A DNA stretch of 64,000 nt, taken from contig CANJVR010000005.1 of NCBI GenBank assembly GCA_947478395.1, forward strand, positions 32,001 through 96,000, written 5' to 3'. Made by a program: the position numbers and the translations under genes. Shown here piece by piece: positions 39,393 through 48,270 of this stretch (positions are counted from its first letter, which is position 1; every line of letters starts with the position of its first letter). The notes beneath the pieces are model-generated. The model was not told the DNA's origin. It was given only the letters and a program-made list of their open reading frames with translations, and did no database searches. Source of the DNA: Opitutia bacterium (lineage in GTDB: Bacteria; Verrucomicrobiota; Verrucomicrobiia; Opitutales; Opitutaceae).

Positions 39393-41168
39393 TCACGCCG
39401 CTGGCTTCTTGCGCTTCTCGACCAGCGCCAGCAACAGGTCGCCCTTGGCCAGGCTACCCACCAGCGTGCCATCGGGCGAAACGACCGGCAGGCGCTCCGC
39501 TTCGAAATTAAGAAAGCCACCCAGCGCGTCGCTCAACGAAGCCGTTGGCATGACCCGGGGAAAATCTTCGCGCAAAATATCCTTCGCGATCACCAGCTCG
39601 GCGAGTTCGGCTTCACCGAGGTAGGGTTTGATGTCGTGCAACGATACCGCGCCCAGAAAACGCCCGACGCCGTCGGTCACATAGAGATTGTTGACGCGCA
39701 GCGAAAGAAACAGCCCGGCAATCTCCGCAAACCGCGCGCCCGCGGGCAGCGTGGGCGGTTTGCTCTTCATGAGCTCCGCGACCGAGCCCACCTCGAAGGC
39801 CCCGCCGCCGGGCGTCTCCGCCGCCTTGCGCTTCAGCGCCTCACTGTAAAGCGAACGATCCTCGAAGCCCTTCGCCGTGTAGTACGCAATCACACTGCAC
39901 AGCATCAGGGGCAGGATGATGTCGTAGCTCAGCGTCATTTCGAACAGCATAATAACCGCCATCACGGGCGCGCGGCTCGCCGCCGAGAGAAAGGCTCCCA
40001 TCCCCACCAAGGCGAACGCGCCGGGATTCGGCGCCGCCGCCGGCCAAATCGCATGGACGCCCGTGCCAAAAAGATAACCCACACTCGCGCCCATAAACAA
40101 CGACGGCGTGAACACCCCGCCCGGTGCACCGGATCCGAACGAGGCCGCCGTCGCGAGCCACTTGCAGGCAAAGATCACGAGGAGCGCACTCCACACGATG
40201 TGCCCGTTGAGGATGTTAACGACCACCGAGTAACCGTTCCCCGTAACTTCGGGCACCTTGATCGCAAGCGCACCAACGACGAGTCCACCGAGTGTGAGCC
40301 GCGCGATCAAAGGCAGCTTCGTGGCCACGAAAAATTTTTCCGCCTGCCGCAACGACCGCAGAAACCACGGCGCCGCCACGCCCGCGATCAATCCCAGAGC
40401 CACGTAGGGCAACATCTCCCACGGTGAATTCAGTTTGAACGCCGGTACTTTGTAGAGCTGCGCCTCACTCGTCAGCACGCGCACCGTCAGCGCCGCCGCG
40501 ACCGCCGCCACCGCGAGCGGTCCCAAACTTTCCATCGCGATCGTACCGAGAATAATTTCCGCAACGAAGAAAGATCCCGCGATCGGGGCATTGTAGGCCG
40601 ATGCGATCCCCGCCGCCGCTCCGCAAGCGACCAGCAGCCGCAACTGCGGCGGCGTGAACTGCCGCCAGCGCCCGATGAATGACGCCATTACAGCGGAAAG
40701 CTGAACCATCGGACCTTCGCGACCGATCGACCCGCCCGAACCAATCGAGAAAAGTGCCGCCGTGCTTTTCACCAGACTCGCGCGAATCGGCAGATGGCCC
40801 GAGCCGATCACGATCGCCTCCATGTAGTCCGTCGAACTCTGCCCGCGCGCGATGCGTTGCCCAAGCAGGAGCACCAGGCCCGCCAGCAGTCCGCCCGCCG
40901 CCGGCAGCGCGAGCACCGCCCACCACGGCAATTGTCGCATCGACTCCACGACGCCCGCACTGGATCCGCTCAGCAAATCGTGCACGCCTTCCGCCAGACC
41001 CTGAAAAACCAGCGAGACCAAGGCACCGAGTCCTCCCACAAACGCGGCCCACAGCAGCGTGATTTGCCACTCGGTCGGCTGGAGTTTTTCCTGGATCCAC
41101 ACGCGCCAGCGCAACAATCGCAGCAGGCGCTCCACCAGGAGCTTCGCGGGATCCGTCACCGCGTTCAT
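39393..41168 (-). CDS. CLC-family chloride channel/transporter (ClcB-like) with CBS pair
   Basis: STDYMEA, GSIGREGP, GAAAGIASAYNAP, PGGVFTP; C-terminal CBS domains. Confidence 0.93.
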   Translation of the reverse strand: MNAVTDPAKLLVERLLRLLRWRVWIQEKLQPTEWQITLLWAAFVGGLGALVSLVFQGLAEGVHDLLSGSSAGVVESMRQLPWWAVLALPAAGGLLAGLVLLLGQRIARGQSSTDYMEAIVIGSGHLPIRASLVKSTAALFSIGSGGSIGREGPMVQLSAVMASFIGRWRQFTPPQLRLLVACGAAAGIASAYNAPIAGSFFVAEIILGTIAMESLGPLAVAAVAAALTVRVLTSEAQLYKVPAFKLNSPWEMLPYVALGLIAGVAAPWFLRSLRQAEKFFVATKLPLIARLTLGGLVVGALAIKVPEVTGNGYSVVVNILNGHIVWSALLVIFACKWLATAASFGSGAPGGVFTPSLFMGASVGYLFGTGVHAIWPAAAPNPGAFALVGMGAFLSAASRAPVMAVIMLFEMTLSYDIILPLMLCSVIAYYTAKGFEDRSLYSEALKRKAAETPGGGAFEVGSVAELMKSKPPTLPAGARFAEIAGLFLSLRVNNLYVTDGVGRFLGAVSLHDIKPYLGEAELAELVIAKDILREDFPRVMPTASLSDALGGFLNFEAERLPVVSPDGTLVGSLAKGDLLLALVEKRKKPAA

Positions 41169-41626
41169 CGCTGGAGCGCCCGCGCCAGGATGGCGCGAAA
41201 TTCATCTTCCGCGGGCGCCGCCAACAACGCCGCGCGCGTCTCCTTATTCTTTAACAAACGCGAAAGCGCCGCCACCAATTGCAAATACTCCCCAACCGCC
41301 TCCTTGGGCGTACCGACCAGGAACACCAGCCGCACCTTCGGATGCGCCGGATCAAAGGCCACGGGCGCCGCCGTCCGCGCCACCGCGAGCACAATCCGGT
41401 CAACCGCCAGGGTGCGCGCATGCGGAAGCGCCACCTCATCCGCGATGCAAACCGACGCGAGCGCCGCCCGTTCCAGCAAGTCCCGCAAAAATTGGTCGGC
41501 GTTCTTCACGTCCGGGGTCGCGGCGCGCAGCCGGTGGTGCAAGGCGCGAATGGCCTCATCCCCGCTCACCACGTCGAGGTCGAGAACCAGCACGTCCGGC
41601 GAAGCGATAAGTTCGGGCAACGACAT
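41165..41626 (-). CDS. PTS EIIA domain protein (fructose/mannitol/Ntr type)
   Basis: VALPHAR phospho-His motif, V.LVFLV, YLQLVAALSRLL; stop overlaps the CLC start (ATGA). Confidence 0.88.
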   Translation of the reverse strand: MSLPELIASPDVLVLDLDVVSGDEAIRALHHRLRAATPDVKNADQFLRDLLERAALASVCIADEVALPHARTLAVDRIVLAVARTAAPVAFDPAHPKVRLVFLVGTPKEAVGEYLQLVAALSRLLKNKETRAALLAAPAEDEFRAILARALQR

Positions 41627-41656
41627 GGCAGCGGGAAAGTAAATGGATGTTAGCAT

Positions 41657-41689
41657 GAAACAAGCCCGCGTTCGCCGGGCTTTCGTTTC
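41657..41689. terminator. Hairpin, possible terminator downstream of SNF2 gene
   Basis: GAAACAAGCCCG-N7-CGGGCTTTCGTTTC. Confidence 0.5.
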
Positions 41690-41710
41690 GCTCATCGACC
41701 TTTAAATGGA

Positions 41711-41780
41711 GGCGGGGTGCCCCACTCCGCTCGGCGTTGCAGAACCAGCGACATCGCGCACGGGGTGAGGTCACCCCGCC
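41711..41780. repeat. REP-like doublet (family C)
   Basis: GGCGGGGTGCCCCACTCCG ... CGGGGTGAGGTCACCCCGCC. Confidence 0.6.
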
Positions 41781-41790
41781 CAGCTTTAAT

Positions 41791-44490
41791 TCAATCGAGC
41801 GTATAGGCCTGCTCCGGCTCGTGGTCGGTTTCCACGTTGGCCGTGAGCGTCACCAAACTCTTCAACGAACTGAAATGCTGGCTCAGATCGAAATCCCCGC
41901 CAAGGCCGCCGATCAGCTTGTCGAACAAATCCTTCTTCGACGCCTTCAACGCCTGGATCCGTTCCTCGATCGTGCCGGCGGTGACCATGCGGTAGACGAA
42001 CACCGTGTTCGTCTGGCCGATGCGATGCACGCGGTCCACGGCCTGGGCCTCAACCGCCGGATTCCACCACGGATCGAGCAGGAAAACGTAATCCGCCGCG
42101 TGCAATGTGATTCCCGTGCCCGCGGCCTTGAGCGACACCAACATCGCCGCGGCGCCGGACGCCGTCTGAAATCCATGCACCGGTTTCTGGCGATCGAGCG
42201 TCATCCCGGTCAGTTCATAACGCGGCAAGTCGGGAAAATGCGTCGCAAGCGCCGTGCGCACACGCTCGAGCAACATCACGAATTGCGAGAAGATCACGAC
42301 CTTGTGCCCGCTACCGACGATTTCCGCGAGTTTCTCCACGAGGAGGTTGATCTTGCCCGAGTCGGAAAGCGGCGATTTGAGCCACGGCAACATGTCGGGA
42401 TCGCAACACGTCTGGCGCAACCGCGTGAGCAACGCGAGAAAGCCAAATGATTTTTCCCGCATCGCCGAGCCCACGTCGTCACCGAGGCGTTCCAAGCCCT
42501 CCGTACAGATGCGAGCGTACTCCGCGCGTTGGACGTCCGTGAGCGGACACACGAGGTCGATCTCCACTTTTTGCGGCAGCTCCGTCGCCACTTCCTTTTT
42601 CGTCCGACGCAGGAGAAACGGCGCCAGCTGCGCGCGCAATCGCGTGAGCGTGCCTTCGCGATCCGTGATCAACGCCGCCTCGAACGCCGCCCGGGAGCCC
42701 AGCAAGCCGGGCAGCAAAAAGCGAAAGATACTCCAGAGATCGAGCTGACGATTCTCGAGCGGGGTTCCGGTCAGCACGATGCGATGCCGTGCCCGAACCG
42801 CGAAACAGGTCTGCGTGATTTTTGCGTCCGGGTTCTTGATGAACTGGCCCTCGTCCAACACAGCGTAACCGAACTCGACGCCTTCCAGCATTGCGCGGTG
42901 TTTGCGCAACTGCGTGTAACTCGCGAGCCAGATTGCCGGCGCCGAATGGGTCGTAAAATCGTGACCGGTCTTCAGGACTTGCACCACAAGCGCCGGGAAA
43001 AACTTGGCCATCTCCTCGCGCCAAACCGGCACCACGCTCGCCGGGCAAACGATCACGTTGGACTTGTCCAACACGGGCCGCGAGGCGAGGAGCGAAAGGA
43101 CCTGGAGGGTTTTGCCGAGGCCCATCTCGTCGGCAAGCAGCCCGTGACAGCCCACATCGCAGAGATGATGCATCCACTCCACGCCTCGGCGTTGATAGGG
43201 CCGAAGCAATTCCGGCAGCGTGGGCGTCGCCTCGGTCGGCGCCAGCACGCGCTGCCGCCACGCTTCCATCTCGGGCGAAAGGGTGACCTTTAGTTTCGCA
43301 TCGTTGAAAAGCGAAAATACGAGGTACGGCGAAAGTGTCCCGCTCGCCGCCGCCCGGGGGCCTTGCGTTTCTTCGACGTTTTTTTGCCACGCGCTGAACG
43401 AATCCCAGCGGTCCGCCGGTAAAGAGACGATGCCCAGGTTTGGCAAAATCACCGGTTGTCCGCCGCGTTTGAGCAACGTGTTCACCTCGCTGTCGGTGAG
43501 CAGGCGTTCGCCGGCGCGGAAAATCCAGCGCAGGTTCAGCGCCGTGTGGCCCGCAGCGTCGGCGCCGCCCTCGGGCGTCCCGCCGGCCCGCTCGGCTACG
43601 GCCTCGATTTCGATCGCACGTGTGCCTTTGATGAGATTCGCCGCCTTCTCGTCGAGTTCGACGCCGAACATCCGGCGCCACGCGGGGAGCGTCGTCCTTA
43701 GAAAATTTGGAATCTCCACGAGAGACTCCATCAGATAAGCCCCGTTGTCCTGATTATAGTGGAAGTGCGCTTTCCGCGCATAGGCCGCGAGCCCGATCAA
43801 CTTCGCGCGCTCGCCGGACGAGATGTGACCGTTGTTATTCGCATGCGCGTCCGGCCCGAGTGCGGCGTGGCGCGTCTTGCGATCCGCCTCCAGCCAAAAG
43901 GCCTGAAACGCAAGTCCGGCGACCTTGGTTTTGAAAACCAGCAACAGCGGTCGGGCCGTTGCGCTCAAGCGTGAAGCCGGGCTTACGCCGCCATTGACGC
44001 GCGCCATGCCATGGCCCGAAGGCTGCGTCGCAGCCGCAGCAGGCGGATGCGCACGCGGCGTCATCGCACCGGGACGGCTCGATTCAAAGCTATGGTTATG
44101 GGCATTACCATGGCCCGGAGCCGCACCCGAAGGCCGGGGGGCGTCGTCGGGCAACGGGGAAATTTCATCGGCCACCAACTCCTCGATCTCGTGCAGCCCA
44201 GCGACCGCGAGTGCATGGGCCACCTCAATATCCGTCGACGACGAGCGAACCGAAAAGCCTTCGGCGTCCCATGCGATGACGGCGTACTCGTCCTTTTTTT
44301 CCACGCGCCGATGGACGATGGCGTCACGTTCGGTCAGCTCCAGCTCGCGAACCTGACCGTCGCGATAGATCTGCCGGCCAACTTCCAACTGGGTGGAGGT
44401 GAAGCGTCCCGCCCAGTCCTGCTCGAGCTTTCCAAACCAGAACTCGAGCGAATGGGGGGTATAGACGCGCTTCGGACCGTGAGACTGCAT
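41791..44490 (-). CDS. SNF2-family helicase/translocase
   Basis: LRPYQ, LADEMGLGKT, DEGQ, LTGTPLEN, DPWWNP, QAVDRVHRIGQ; probable ATG 44490. Confidence 0.95.
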   Translation of the reverse strand: MQSHGPKRVYTPHSLEFWFGKLEQDWAGRFTSTQLEVGRQIYRDGQVRELELTERDAIVHRRVEKKDEYAVIAWDAEGFSVRSSSTDIEVAHALAVAGLHEIEELVADEISPLPDDAPRPSGAAPGHGNAHNHSFESSRPGAMTPRAHPPAAAATQPSGHGMARVNGGVSPASRLSATARPLLLVFKTKVAGLAFQAFWLEADRKTRHAALGPDAHANNNGHISSGERAKLIGLAAYARKAHFHYNQDNGAYLMESLVEIPNFLRTTLPAWRRMFGVELDEKAANLIKGTRAIEIEAVAERAGGTPEGGADAAGHTALNLRWIFRAGERLLTDSEVNTLLKRGGQPVILPNLGIVSLPADRWDSFSAWQKNVEETQGPRAAASGTLSPYLVFSLFNDAKLKVTLSPEMEAWRQRVLAPTEATPTLPELLRPYQRRGVEWMHHLCDVGCHGLLADEMGLGKTLQVLSLLASRPVLDKSNVIVCPASVVPVWREEMAKFFPALVVQVLKTGHDFTTHSAPAIWLASYTQLRKHRAMLEGVEFGYAVLDEGQFIKNPDAKITQTCFAVRARHRIVLTGTPLENRQLDLWSIFRFLLPGLLGSRAAFEAALITDREGTLTRLRAQLAPFLLRRTKKEVATELPQKVEIDLVCPLTDVQRAEYARICTEGLERLGDDVGSAMREKSFGFLALLTRLRQTCCDPDMLPWLKSPLSDSGKINLLVEKLAEIVGSGHKVVIFSQFVMLLERVRTALATHFPDLPRYELTGMTLDRQKPVHGFQTASGAAAMLVSLKAAGTGITLHAADYVFLLDPWWNPAVEAQAVDRVHRIGQTNTVFVYRMVTAGTIEERIQALKASKKDLFDKLIGGLGGDFDLSQHFSSLKSLVTLTANVETDHEPEQAYTLD

Positions 44491-44577
44491 TCGCGAAAAA
44501 AAACGACCGTAGAAAGCGCCGGTTGTAGCGCAACCCCGAATTACGCCGAAACGGCGCCGGTGCAGCGTTTGTCCGAA

Positions 44578-44622
44578 TTGTAACAGAGCCGCCACGCAAC
44601 CGACACGGAAAGGGGTTAGTTA
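44578..44622 (+). promoter_or_regulatory. Candidate Pho box upstream of lipid-remodelling operon
   Basis: TTGTAAC-N4-CCGCCAC-N4-CCGACAC (11-bp period), then 10 nt, then TAGTTA; same geometry as 39234-39278. Confidence 0.7.
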
Positions 44623-44666
44623 TTCACAATCCTAAATCCCGCGACCCCGACGCTCATCGACCTTTC

Positions 44667-45851
44667 GTGAAAATCGCCCTCGTCACTGAAACCTTCCCAC
44701 CGGAAATCAATGGCGTGGCGATGACGTTCGGCGTGATCGCGCGCGAGCTCGGCCGGCGCGGCCATCAGCTCACGGTCTACCGGCCCCGCCGCAACGACCT
44801 GCCGGCGCCCGATGCTCAAACCGGCTATCGCGTCGTGCCCCTGCCCGGCCTGCCCATCCCGGGTTATGCGCTGCTCCGACTGGGATTACCCGCCGGCGGC
44901 ACCCTGCGCCGCAACTGGCGGGCCGACCGCCCCGACCTCGTGCACGTCGCCACCGAAGGCCCGCTCGGCGCTTCCGCCGTCACCGCGGCCCGCGCCCTCG
45001 GCTTGCCCGTCACCTCAAGTTTCCACACCAACTTTCACGCCTACACCCGGCACTATGGCGTCGGCCCGCTCCAAAGCGTAGCTCTCGCCTGGCTGCGCCA
45101 CGTTCACAATCGCACGCGCCGGACTTTTGCGCCGACGACCGAACTCTGCACCGAACTGGCCGCACTTGGTTTTCGCGATCTGGCCGTGCTCTCGCGCGGC
45201 GTGGACACGACGCAATTTCGTCCGGACCGGCGCTCCGCCGAACTCCGCGCATCGTGGGGCGTCGCGCCGGATGAGCCGGTGGTCATTCACGCGGGGCGAA
45301 TGGCGGCCGAGAAAAATTATCCGCTGCTGCTTCGCGCCTTTGCCGCCATGCGCGCAGTCGAGCCGCGTTTGCGCTTCGTCCTGATCGGCGACGGTCCGTT
45401 GCGACCGTCGCTGCAGCGCCAGTTCCCCGCGGGTATCTTCACCGGCTTCATCCCGCGCGACGATCTCGCCCGGCACTACGCCTCGGCCGACATCTACATT
45501 CATGCGAGCCTCACCGAGACGTTTGGCAACGTCCTCACCGAGGCCATGGCCAGCGGGCTGGCGGTGGCGGGTTTCGACTACGCCGCCGCGCGGCAATTTA
45601 TTCGATCCGGCGAAAATGGCTTGAGCGTGCCCACGGATCAGCCCGAGGCGTTCATCGCCGCCGGTGTACGTCTGGCCACGGACGCGGCCTTGCGTCAGAG
45701 CCTCCGCACGCAAGCCCGGCTGACCGTCGAGCCGCAGTCGTGGGAAACCGTCATCAGTGATTTCGAAGCGAATCTCGCAGCCGTCGTTGCCGAACATGCA
45801 ACTCCGCCTGCGGCGCTCGGGCGTGTTCCCGCGCCGACGTTCAACGCGTAA
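44667..45851 (+). CDS. GT4 glycosyltransferase, Agt/MgtA-like diacylglycerol glycosyltransferase
   Basis: TETFPPEINGVA, VHVATEGPLG, FHTNF, RGVDT, ETFGNVLTEAMASG. Confidence 0.88.
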   Translation: MKIALVTETFPPEINGVAMTFGVIARELGRRGHQLTVYRPRRNDLPAPDAQTGYRVVPLPGLPIPGYALLRLGLPAGGTLRRNWRADRPDLVHVATEGPLGASAVTAARALGLPVTSSFHTNFHAYTRHYGVGPLQSVALAWLRHVHNRTRRTFAPTTELCTELAALGFRDLAVLSRGVDTTQFRPDRRSAELRASWGVAPDEPVVIHAGRMAAEKNYPLLLRAFAAMRAVEPRLRFVLIGDGPLRPSLQRQFPAGIFTGFIPRDDLARHYASADIYIHASLTETFGNVLTEAMASGLAVAGFDYAAARQFIRSGENGLSVPTDQPEAFIAAGVRLATDAALRQSLRTQARLTVEPQSWETVISDFEANLAAVVAEHATPPAALGRVPAPTFNA

Positions 45852-45867
45852 ATCTTCCCATCGACCC

Positions 45868-47304
45868 ATGTCTATCCCGGCCGAAACCTTGAGCGCCCAG
45901 CCTTCCACCTCGGACGTCCAGCGCCCGACCACCAAGCGCCCGCTTCAACTGCTCATTCTCACGGCCGGTTACGGCGAAGGTCATAACGCCGCCGCGCGTG
46001 CGATCGCCGAAGCGTGCGTTGCCAAACACGGTGCCGGTTCGGCCCGTGTGATCGATATCTTTGCGTTGTCCGCCCCGCGCCTGAATGCGGTCAGCCGCCG
46101 CGCCTATCTCGCCACGATCAACGGCGCGCCGAAAATCTGGAGCCGCCTCTACGCGTGGATCGACCGTTCGAACATCGTGCCGCGGTGCATGTGGATGCTT
46201 GGTCGCGAGCGTCGCTTGCTGGCCAAAATCATCGCCGAAGAGACTCCGGTCGCGTTGTGCAGCACGTATCCCGTTTACGCGTTTCTCATCGCGCGGCTCG
46301 CGCACGACGGCCACTCGCTGCCGCCGCACTACAACGTCGTCACCGACTCCATCAGCATCAACTCGCTGTGGTGGCGCGCGGGAGCGGCCGGCTGGTTTCT
46401 GCCGAATGAAGATTCCGCGGCAGTCCTCCGCTGCGCCGGCGTGGAGCGCGACCGATTGCACGTCAGCGGTTTTCCGGTGCCGGCTTTTTTCGGCCACAAC
46501 GCCGCCCACCTCTTTCCCCCCGACCTCACCCCGGCAACATGTCACTTAATAGGTGACATGTTGCCGGATGGGGGCCGAGTGCCCCCAACGCCCGCCGAAG
46601 CCCTGGCGAAGGCGAGCCCCCGTATTCTTTACATCATCAACTCTGGCACCCACCACGCCGGAGAAACCGCGCGCCGGCTCCTCGCCGAGTCCGATTGGGA
46701 AATCACCATTGCGGTCGGTCGCGATGAAGCCCTGCGCCAAAAACTGACCACGCTCGCCGCCGGGCGAGCACGTCCCGCCCATATTCTCGGTTGGTCCGAT
46801 CAGATCCCTCATCTGCTTATGACGCACCACGCCGTCATCAGCAAAGCCGGCGGCGCCACCACGCAAGAGGCCATCGCTGCGCGCTGCCCGATGATCGTCA
46901 ACCAAGTCGTGCCCGGTCAGGAAGAGGGGAACTACGAGCTGCTCCGCCGCCACCACGCCGGTGCGCTCGCCGAAACTCCCGATGCCGTGATGACCACGCT
47001 GCGCGGTGCCTTTGCCGACGGCGGCGCCGGCTGGCACCGCTGGCGTACCGCCCTCTCAACTCTCGTCCGGAACGACGCCGCCAGCGTAATCGTCAGCCAG
47101 ATTCTCTCCGCAACCAAAGGTGCAGCTGGCGCCGTCAACTCGCTTCCCCACCGCGACCCGCCGTCAGCCACATGTCACCTATTAAGTGACATTCCCGCCT
47201 CTTTCCCTGCAACGGTCGAAGCCGCTCCGGCTTCTATGGGGATGAGTACGGCTGCCCATGCACTCCCGCGTTCCTCCGTCGGCGGCGCTTCTTCCCTCGC
47301 ATGA
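45868..47304 (+). CDS. MGDG synthase/UgtP-like GT28 glycosyltransferase with repeat-derived insertions
   Basis: AGYGEGHNAAA, STYP, VVTD, SGFPV, ISKAGGATTQEA, VPGQEEGN. Confidence 0.88.
   Translation: MSIPAETLSAQPSTSDVQRPTTKRPLQLLILTAGYGEGHNAAARAIAEACVAKHGAGSARVIDIFALSAPRLNAVSRRAYLATINGAPKIWSRLYAWIDRSNIVPRCMWMLGRERRLLAKIIAEETPVALCSTYPVYAFLIARLAHDGHSLPPHYNVVTDSISINSLWWRAGAAGWFLPNEDSAAVLRCAGVERDRLHVSGFPVPAFFGHNAAHLFPPDLTPATCHLIGDMLPDGGRVPPTPAEALAKASPRILYIINSGTHHAGETARRLLAESDWEITIAVGRDEALRQKLTTLAAGRARPAHILGWSDQIPHLLMTHHAVISKAGGATTQEAIAARCPMIVNQVVPGQEEGNYELLRRHHAGALAETPDAVMTTLRGAFADGGAGWHRWRTALSTLVRNDAASVIVSQILSATKGAAGAVNSLPHRDPPSATCHLLSDIPASFPATVEAAPASMGMSTAAHALPRSSVGGASSLA
46531..46567. repeat. 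Palindrome with perfect 15-bp arms inside coding sequence
   Basis: CCGGCAACATGTCAC-TTAATAG-GTGACATGTTGCCGG. Confidence 0.9.
47172..47192. repeat. Exact inverted copy of 46539-46559
   Basis: ATGTCACCTATTAAGTGACAT is the reverse complement of ATGTCACTTAATAGGTGACAT. Confidence 0.9.
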
Positions 47305-48245
47305 AAACTCGTTTCATTTTTAACCCGCACTCCGGTCGGCACGCCCGCAACGCGCGTCTCCTGCCCCTCCTGCGCGATTTCATCGTCCGCCGCGGGCTCG
47401 ATGCCGACCTCATCGCCACCGAAGGTCCAGGTCACGCCACCGCCCTTGCGCGCGACGCGGTCAACAACGGCTGCGAGCGCGTCGTGGCCGTCGGAGGCGA
47501 CGGCACGATGAACGAAGTGGCGCAAGCGCTCCTCTACACGCCTGCCGCCTTGGGCCTCATTCCTTGTGGTTCCGGCAACGGGCTGGCGCTCCATCTCGGG
47601 CTTCCGCTCACGCCCCTCGACGCGCTCGAACTCGTGACCGCCGCCGGCAGTCGCGTCGCCGCCGTTGATACCGGCTCGGTGAACGGCATGCCTTTTTTCA
47701 ACGCCATGGGCTTCGGCCTCGATGCCGAAGTGAGCCGCCGTTTCAACCACCTCACGAAACGCGGCCTGCCCGCGTATGCGCGCACCGCATTCGCCGCATT
47801 TGCGCAACGAAAGAGCGAACTCTGCACGATCCGCACCGCGGGCCATCAGGAAAAAATCGAGGCGATGCTCATCGCCGTCGCCAATTCGGACCAATACGGC
47901 AACCGCGCCTTCATCGCGCCGGGCGCCCGCGTGGACGACGGCCAGCTCGACCTGATCGCGATTCGCCCCGTGGGACTGTTTGGGGCCGCGGTATTGGGGG
48001 CCCATCTTTTTCTCGGATCGATCGATCGCAGTCCGAAAATCCGCCGGCTGCGCGGCGCGAAGTTTGTGATCGAGCGCGCCGCCCCCGGCCTCGTCCATAC
48101 CGACGGCGAAACGCATCCGACCAGCGCGAGGGTCGAAGTGCTCGTCCATCCCCGCAGCCTCCGCGTGGTCCTGCCCGCGACCTCACGCGCCATCGCGTTT
48201 AGCGACGACCTCACCCCCGCCGGATTCGCCCTTCAGCTACCCTAA
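47301..48245 (+). CDS. Diacylglycerol/lipid kinase (YegS/DagK family)
   Basis: FNPHSG, VGGDGTMNEV, IPCGSGNGLA, NSDQYGN, DDGQLD, TDGE. Confidence 0.92.
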   Translation: MKTRFIFNPHSGRHARNARLLPLLRDFIVRRGLDADLIATEGPGHATALARDAVNNGCERVVAVGGDGTMNEVAQALLYTPAALGLIPCGSGNGLALHLGLPLTPLDALELVTAAGSRVAAVDTGSVNGMPFFNAMGFGLDAEVSRRFNHLTKRGLPAYARTAFAAFAQRKSELCTIRTAGHQEKIEAMLIAVANSDQYGNRAFIAPGARVDDGQLDLIAIRPVGLFGAAVLGAHLFLGSIDRSPKIRRLRGAKFVIERAAPGLVHTDGETHPTSARVEVLVHPRSLRVVLPATSRAIAFSDDLTPAGFALQLP

Positions 48246-48270
48246 GCCCGTAGATCCAGTTTATCCTACC

